Shown: in pieces, positions 16,790 to 20,000 of the stretch
Numbering within the stretch: position 1 is the stretch's first letter
Layout: each line of letters starts with the position of its first letter
IMG/VR virus record: IMGVR_UViG_3300020578_000044
Length of the DNA: 20,000 bases
DNA from: an uncultured virus (IMG/VR IMGVR_UViG_3300020578_000044)
Lineage: Duplodnaviria > Heunggongvirae > Uroviricota > Caudoviricetes
Strand: one strand, 5' to 3'
Translations under genes and position numbers: made by a program
The notes under the pieces: model-generated
Database searches by the model: none
The model's input: only the letters and a program-made list of their open reading frames with translations
Told to the model about the DNA's origin: nothing

Positions 16790-16864
16790 GTTCCCGGGGA
16801 GAAATCCCTGGGAACTTTCTTTTTTGAGGTTAGACCTCTGAAACCAAAGTAAGAGGTCGGAAAG
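16790..16864 (+). repeat. Junction J9 (TTGAGGTTAGACC) with hairpin and L3-family leader
   Basis: Stem 16790-16815; leader TAGACCTCTGAAACCAAAGTAAGAGGTCGGAAAGG has 1 mismatch to 12690-12724. Confidence 0.85.
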
Positions 16865-16870
16865 GTCGTC

Positions 16871-18310
16871 ATGACCGATTTCTACTCCAAGGGCTGGAAG
16901 GCCCTCAAGCAGTTCGAGCAGCAGTTCTGCTCGATCCCTGAGCGTGATGCCCAAGACACCATACTATCAGCACCCTTTCAGACATACTATCGGGGCGATA
17001 CCGATGGGTCGACATTGGTGCACAACACCTCGTACCTGCCCACACCAGGGCCTTATGGTGTCTGTATGTGGGAAACCGGTGACAGGATACACCTGATCCA
17101 CACGCGGCTCGACCTTCAGCCGGCTGGCAAGGTCAAGTGGGCGCTGCGAAGCTTCCACGGCATCTTGCAAATGGATCCGACCATAGGGCGCTACATGCCC
17201 AAGAGTCGGTACCTGAAGGAAGTCAAATTCGCAGTCAATCCAACAGAGGATGGCTACCGCTTCCAGATTTTGAAGACACAGGGTGGCAGAACCTGTGTCT
17301 ATTGGGGATATGATCCGGAGAAGTTGATGCAAGAAATCGGCGATCCGGAGATGTGGAGAGCGGCGCGCAACGTCGTTTACAAGTATCTGATTCCGGATCA
17401 GATGTATAAAGTGTTGCAATGGTTTCGTTCGGAAAACCCCGTAGAGGAAACCGAACAATTGCGACTTGGTGGACCGGGATGGTCACGGATTTTGACTGGT
17501 AAGACCGGCGCAAAGGACATCCTCAACGGGGTCTATGACCCGAAGGGTGTCAGAAGGATTCCTAAGAACGCCTTTGGTGGTGTAGGGGAAATTCGAACCC
17601 TTAACGCTTTGGCAAAAGCGGTCTTCATAACTCGTGCGTGGCGCAGTCTTGATCCGCACACCTTTGGCGAAGTTAGCAATGCTTTGTCAAAGGATTTTCG
17701 TCTTGTCTATAATGGGTCATTTGAACAGGCTGACAAAATTGATTGGCTTGTCAGTAGAATTCCCAAACTGCCTATCGGTAGGGAGGAAAACTTTGAATCT
17801 ATTGACCTTTTGTCCATTGAGGACATGATCACAATGCTCAAGCAAATGCCCCGAGCTTTGCGTTCTGCGTGTTTGGCTGAAATACGCAGAAGCGCAAATC
17901 GGGGTATGCAGTGGGCACACGATTACGTTGTCCTTGAGTTTAACAAACTGAAAACAGCCGACAAGGTAATCGAGCAGGATGAGCTCAGCCGGTTCGAGGG
18001 AACTGTCAACGATGACATGATTTGCGTGGTCCCGAAGTCCACCCATGATTTGGTTCAGTGGGGGACTGAGTACAACATCTGTATCGGTTCATACGCAGAT
18101 CGCGTGTACCGTGGAAACACCTTGTGTATGGGGTTCCAGAACCCTCACACCAAGAGTTTCTACGGTTTTGCGGAGGTCAATCCGCAGAACAAGAAGCTTG
18201 TCCAACTGCTGGGCAAGTACAACCACAGTCTTGATAATCTGGACAAGCTTGCCATTGAGTGTTATCTAACCTCGAAGGGAGTTGGTGTTGATTTCTATCG
18301 GGGTAAATAA
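16871..18310 (+). CDS. PcfJ-like domain protein, paralog 2 (479 aa)
   Basis: Colinear paralog of 14772-16256 with the same C-terminal motif. Confidence 0.8.
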   Translation: MTDFYSKGWKALKQFEQQFCSIPERDAQDTILSAPFQTYYRGDTDGSTLVHNTSYLPTPGPYGVCMWETGDRIHLIHTRLDLQPAGKVKWALRSFHGILQMDPTIGRYMPKSRYLKEVKFAVNPTEDGYRFQILKTQGGRTCVYWGYDPEKLMQEIGDPEMWRAARNVVYKYLIPDQMYKVLQWFRSENPVEETEQLRLGGPGWSRILTGKTGAKDILNGVYDPKGVRRIPKNAFGGVGEIRTLNALAKAVFITRAWRSLDPHTFGEVSNALSKDFRLVYNGSFEQADKIDWLVSRIPKLPIGREENFESIDLLSIEDMITMLKQMPRALRSACLAEIRRSANRGMQWAHDYVVLEFNKLKTADKVIEQDELSRFEGTVNDDMICVVPKSTHDLVQWGTEYNICIGSYADRVYRGNTLCMGFQNPHTKSFYGFAEVNPQNKKLVQLLGKYNHSLDNLDKLAIECYLTSKGVGVDFYRGK

Positions 18311-18313
18311 CAA

Positions 18314-18406
18314 GTTTTTCCCCGGGGATCGGCAGAAATGCTGGTCCTCGGGGAAACTTTCTTTATAGGCATCCAGCCATGTCCACTAAACCAAAGAAAG
18401 GAGGTG
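18314..18406 (+). repeat. Junction J10 (degenerate, CTTTATAGGC) with hairpin and L1-family leader
   Basis: Stem 18314-18357; ATAGGCATCCAGCCATGTCCACT..ACCAAAGAAAGGAGGTG matches 10557-10598. Confidence 0.8.
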
Positions 18407-18413
18407 AACAAAC

Positions 18414-18638
18414 GTGTTCAACACACGAATCCCTCTTTCGAACGGATCGTACATCTCGTTGGCCCAAAACGAAATGTGCGTCCTCAGAGAGGAGTTCGTC
18501 CCCACTCTGGAGTGGGCGGGTGTCGAAACGCAGGATGATATCCTGCGGTTCGATAACCTGTCAACACTCCGGACGTTGTTGGATAAGGCGGAAGCCTGGA
18601 GTCTGAAGACTCCGGATCCGTCTTCCGACAACTCGTGA
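18414..18638 (+). CDS. Hypothetical protein, 74 aa
   Basis: GTG start after AAAGGAGGTG SD; bounded by leader and T3 trailer. Confidence 0.75.
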   Translation: MFNTRIPLSNGSYISLAQNEMCVLREEFVPTLEWAGVETQDDILRFDNLSTLRTLLDKAEAWSLKTPDPSSDNS

Positions 18639-18649
18639 CGACGAACGCA

Positions 18650-18781
18650 ACTGCGCACCTGCAGACAACGATGATCTGTAGGGTGTGCCGGGGTTATCCA
18701 CCCTGGGAACAGAAGCGGGGGGGTCGGCAGTGGGCCGGCTCCCTGTTCTGTTTGAGGAAATCTCTTTTTTGAGGATAGACC
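18650..18781 (+). repeat. Trailer family T3 copy 2 + junction J11 (TTGAGGATAGACC)
   Basis: Direct repeat of 13373-13504. Confidence 0.9.
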
Positions 18782-18848
18782 GACCGGGTCTACCTACGGT
18801 CCCAGCACAACAGGATCTAACCAATCCGCTGGGAGAAAGGGAGGCATC

Positions 18849-19121
18849 ATGCAGAAGCTGCCCAAGCGAGTGTACGTCAAAAGGCGTATCCTCGTGGCTG
18901 CTCTCACGGTGTTCTTTCTGATGGCCGGATGTGGCATGATCAAGAAAGTGACGAGCCCCTCGTTCACTTGCCCGGATCGCACCCACACGGTTCTTCAGGG
19001 GGAAAGTCTCTGGACCATTGCTGAAAAGCATTGCGACGGAGACCTGCTCGCTGTACGTTACCATCTGACACAGGCCTACGGGCCCGTGATTCAGCCCGGT
19101 GACGTCATCGAGCTGCCTTGA
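18849..19121 (+). CDS. Membrane-anchored LysM protein (YneA/ChiZ-like), paralog 2
   Basis: GGGAGG SD; RVYVKRR, TM helix, HTVLQGESLWTIA...IQPGDVIELP. Confidence 0.88.
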   Translation: MQKLPKRVYVKRRILVAALTVFFLMAGCGMIKKVTSPSFTCPDRTHTVLQGESLWTIAEKHCDGDLLAVRYHLTQAYGPVIQPGDVIELP

Positions 19122-19259
19122 CGGCAAGTCGGCTCACTGAACCAGCAGTAATCTGGGAAGTCGCAACACACGACTAAAGATAATAACTCATATGAAGTTG
19201 GCATTGGTTACTTGCCTTATATAAGTATGAGTGAATTATTATGTGTTTTATTTGTGGGG

Positions 19260-19347
19260 AAACCCCGGGACTCGTATCGATCCGAAGGGCACACCGATGG
19301 GTGTGTAATTCGTGCGAGTTCTGGGGTTTTCTCTTTGAGGATAGACC
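19260..19347 (+). repeat. Junction J12: long hairpin + TTGAGGATAGACC
   Basis: AAACCCCGGGACTCGTA.../...TGCGAGTTCTGGGGTTT stem; 19323-19347 is identical to 19976-20000. Confidence 0.85.
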
Positions 19348-19531
19348 GCATCCTCAAGGTGACCGTGCTTTAGTCACACGCCCCTCGTTAGGGGAAGGGC
19401 CGTAGGGCCAAGACATCGCACAACTACCGACCCACAACCATGTGAGTGGGACCTAATGGGGAACTGATGGGAAAACTGAGCCACATATTCGCTCAGCCAG
19501 AAGGAAACCAGAAGGTGAGAAAATCATGAGA

Positions 19532-19571
19532 AACGTGGAATCAGCCCTGTCCGGTACGTTAAGCCGAGACA
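19532..19571 (+). ncRNA. Candidate structured leader element, copy D
   Basis: Core CGGTACGTTAAGCCG at 19552-19566 within a TGTC...GACA stem; upstream AACGTG. Confidence 0.5.
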
Positions 19572-19589
19572 CCAAAGGAGGAGGTCCGC

Positions 19590-19919
19590 ATGGACCTGAT
19601 CATAAAATTCGTCACCTACGTGGTGGCGGGTAAGTACAACGACCTGGTGGGTTTCGGCCCCCAGATCGTCGTCAACGGAAAGCCGATCACGCTCGAGGCG
19701 TGGGTCCCCCGCAACAAGAAGGCTCGCAAGGGCTCCGAAGTCACGGGAACTCCCACCATCGAGGTTGAGGAGGGCACTCAAATCACCAAGTCCTACACAA
19801 AGGACGGGGTGGAGGTGCTCCTGCCGGTCTGGAAGTTGCGGGTTGTGGTAAGCGGGGACTACGAGTTCTCGCAGCCGAAAACCGTGTCCCTCCAGGATTT
19901 CTTCAGGGACAACGTCTGA
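19590..19919 (+). CDS. Hypothetical beta-rich protein, 109 aa
   Basis: AGGAGGAGGT SD; GC3-rich codons. Confidence 0.8.
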   Translation: MDLIIKFVTYVVAGKYNDLVGFGPQIVVNGKPITLEAWVPRNKKARKGSEVTGTPTIEVEEGTQITKSYTKDGVEVLLPVWKLRVVVSGDYEFSQPKTVSLQDFFRDNV

Positions 19920-19961
19920 CACCAATTCCGACGGTAAGCGGTCAACCGTCGGACAAGGAGG

Positions 19962-20000
19962 AGCCCCCTATCAAGGGGGTTTTCTCTTTGAGGATAGACC
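19962..20000 (+). repeat. Junction J13: hairpin + TTGAGGATAGACC (array continues beyond window)
   Basis: AGCCCCCT/AGGGGGTT stem; motif 19988-20000. Confidence 0.85.

Larger units (their letters stand above)
10055..20000 (+). other. GC-rich unidirectional array of small gene units separated by a conserved terminator + TT-N4-WTAGRC junction (cassette-like array)
   Basis: 13 junction motifs at 10551, 10791, 11331, 11864, 12683, 13492, 14007, 14348, 16824, 18361 (degenerate), 18769, 19335 and 19988. All credible genes are on +. Confidence 0.85.

Noticed and set aside
10475..19920. Frequent TGAC stop context in array genes as a recombination signal
   Set aside because: Not universal, and readily explained by stop-codon preference in high-GC hosts.
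10085..19925. Minus-strand and alternative-frame ORFs in the GC-rich half (e.g. 10085-10603, 12331-12840, 12651-13217, 16400-16954, 18561-19127, 19524-19925)
   Set aside because: Antisense shadows of GC3-rich plus-strand genes; many run through terminator and repeat elements and lack SD sites.
10512..20000. Canonical integron attC array or CRISPR array
   Set aside because: Only one site matches GTTRRRY, there is no consistent RYYYAAC/attC fold, and no intI or cas genes are present. Spacing is gene-sized, not 30-40 nt.

Overview
This window looks like part of a large (jumbo-type) phage genome, probably infecting an actinobacterium (inference). It has two very different halves. Bases 1-~10,000 are AT-rich, tightly packed core genes: a giant ORF with a DEDDh exonuclease domain running off the left edge, a ClpA/B-type single-ring AAA+ ATPase, a bacterial-type RecA, small Zn-ribbon proteins and Gly/Ala-tailed proteins, with sigmaA-like promoters. 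At ~10,020 the sequence switches abruptly to a GC-rich, entirely plus-strand array of small gene units that continues past the right edge. Each unit has the form [structured leader + SD]-[1-3 ORFs]-[hairpin(s) + terminator-like stem + pyrimidine tract]. Thirteen junctions carry the motif TT-N4-(A/T)TAGRC(C), most often TTGAGGATAGRC(C). Leaders and trailers fall into a few families reused around unrelated ORFs, and several repeats start or stop at the junction motif. This suggests a cassette-like, shufflable early or host-takeover gene array, or alternatively a tandem array of phage-RNAP promoters. Cargo includes two membrane-anchored LysM proteins (YneA/ChiZ-like), two mosaic PcfJ-like paralogs and an NLTPH-motif protein that may be a ring-nuclease-like anti-defence factor. 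The array also holds several candidate structured RNAs: a four-copy pseudoknot-like leader, an ATGAGYC-loop hairpin and a 52-nt tRNA-like element. No integrase, CRISPR array or canonical tRNA was seen. All family assignments come from motif recognition by eye, not database searches.
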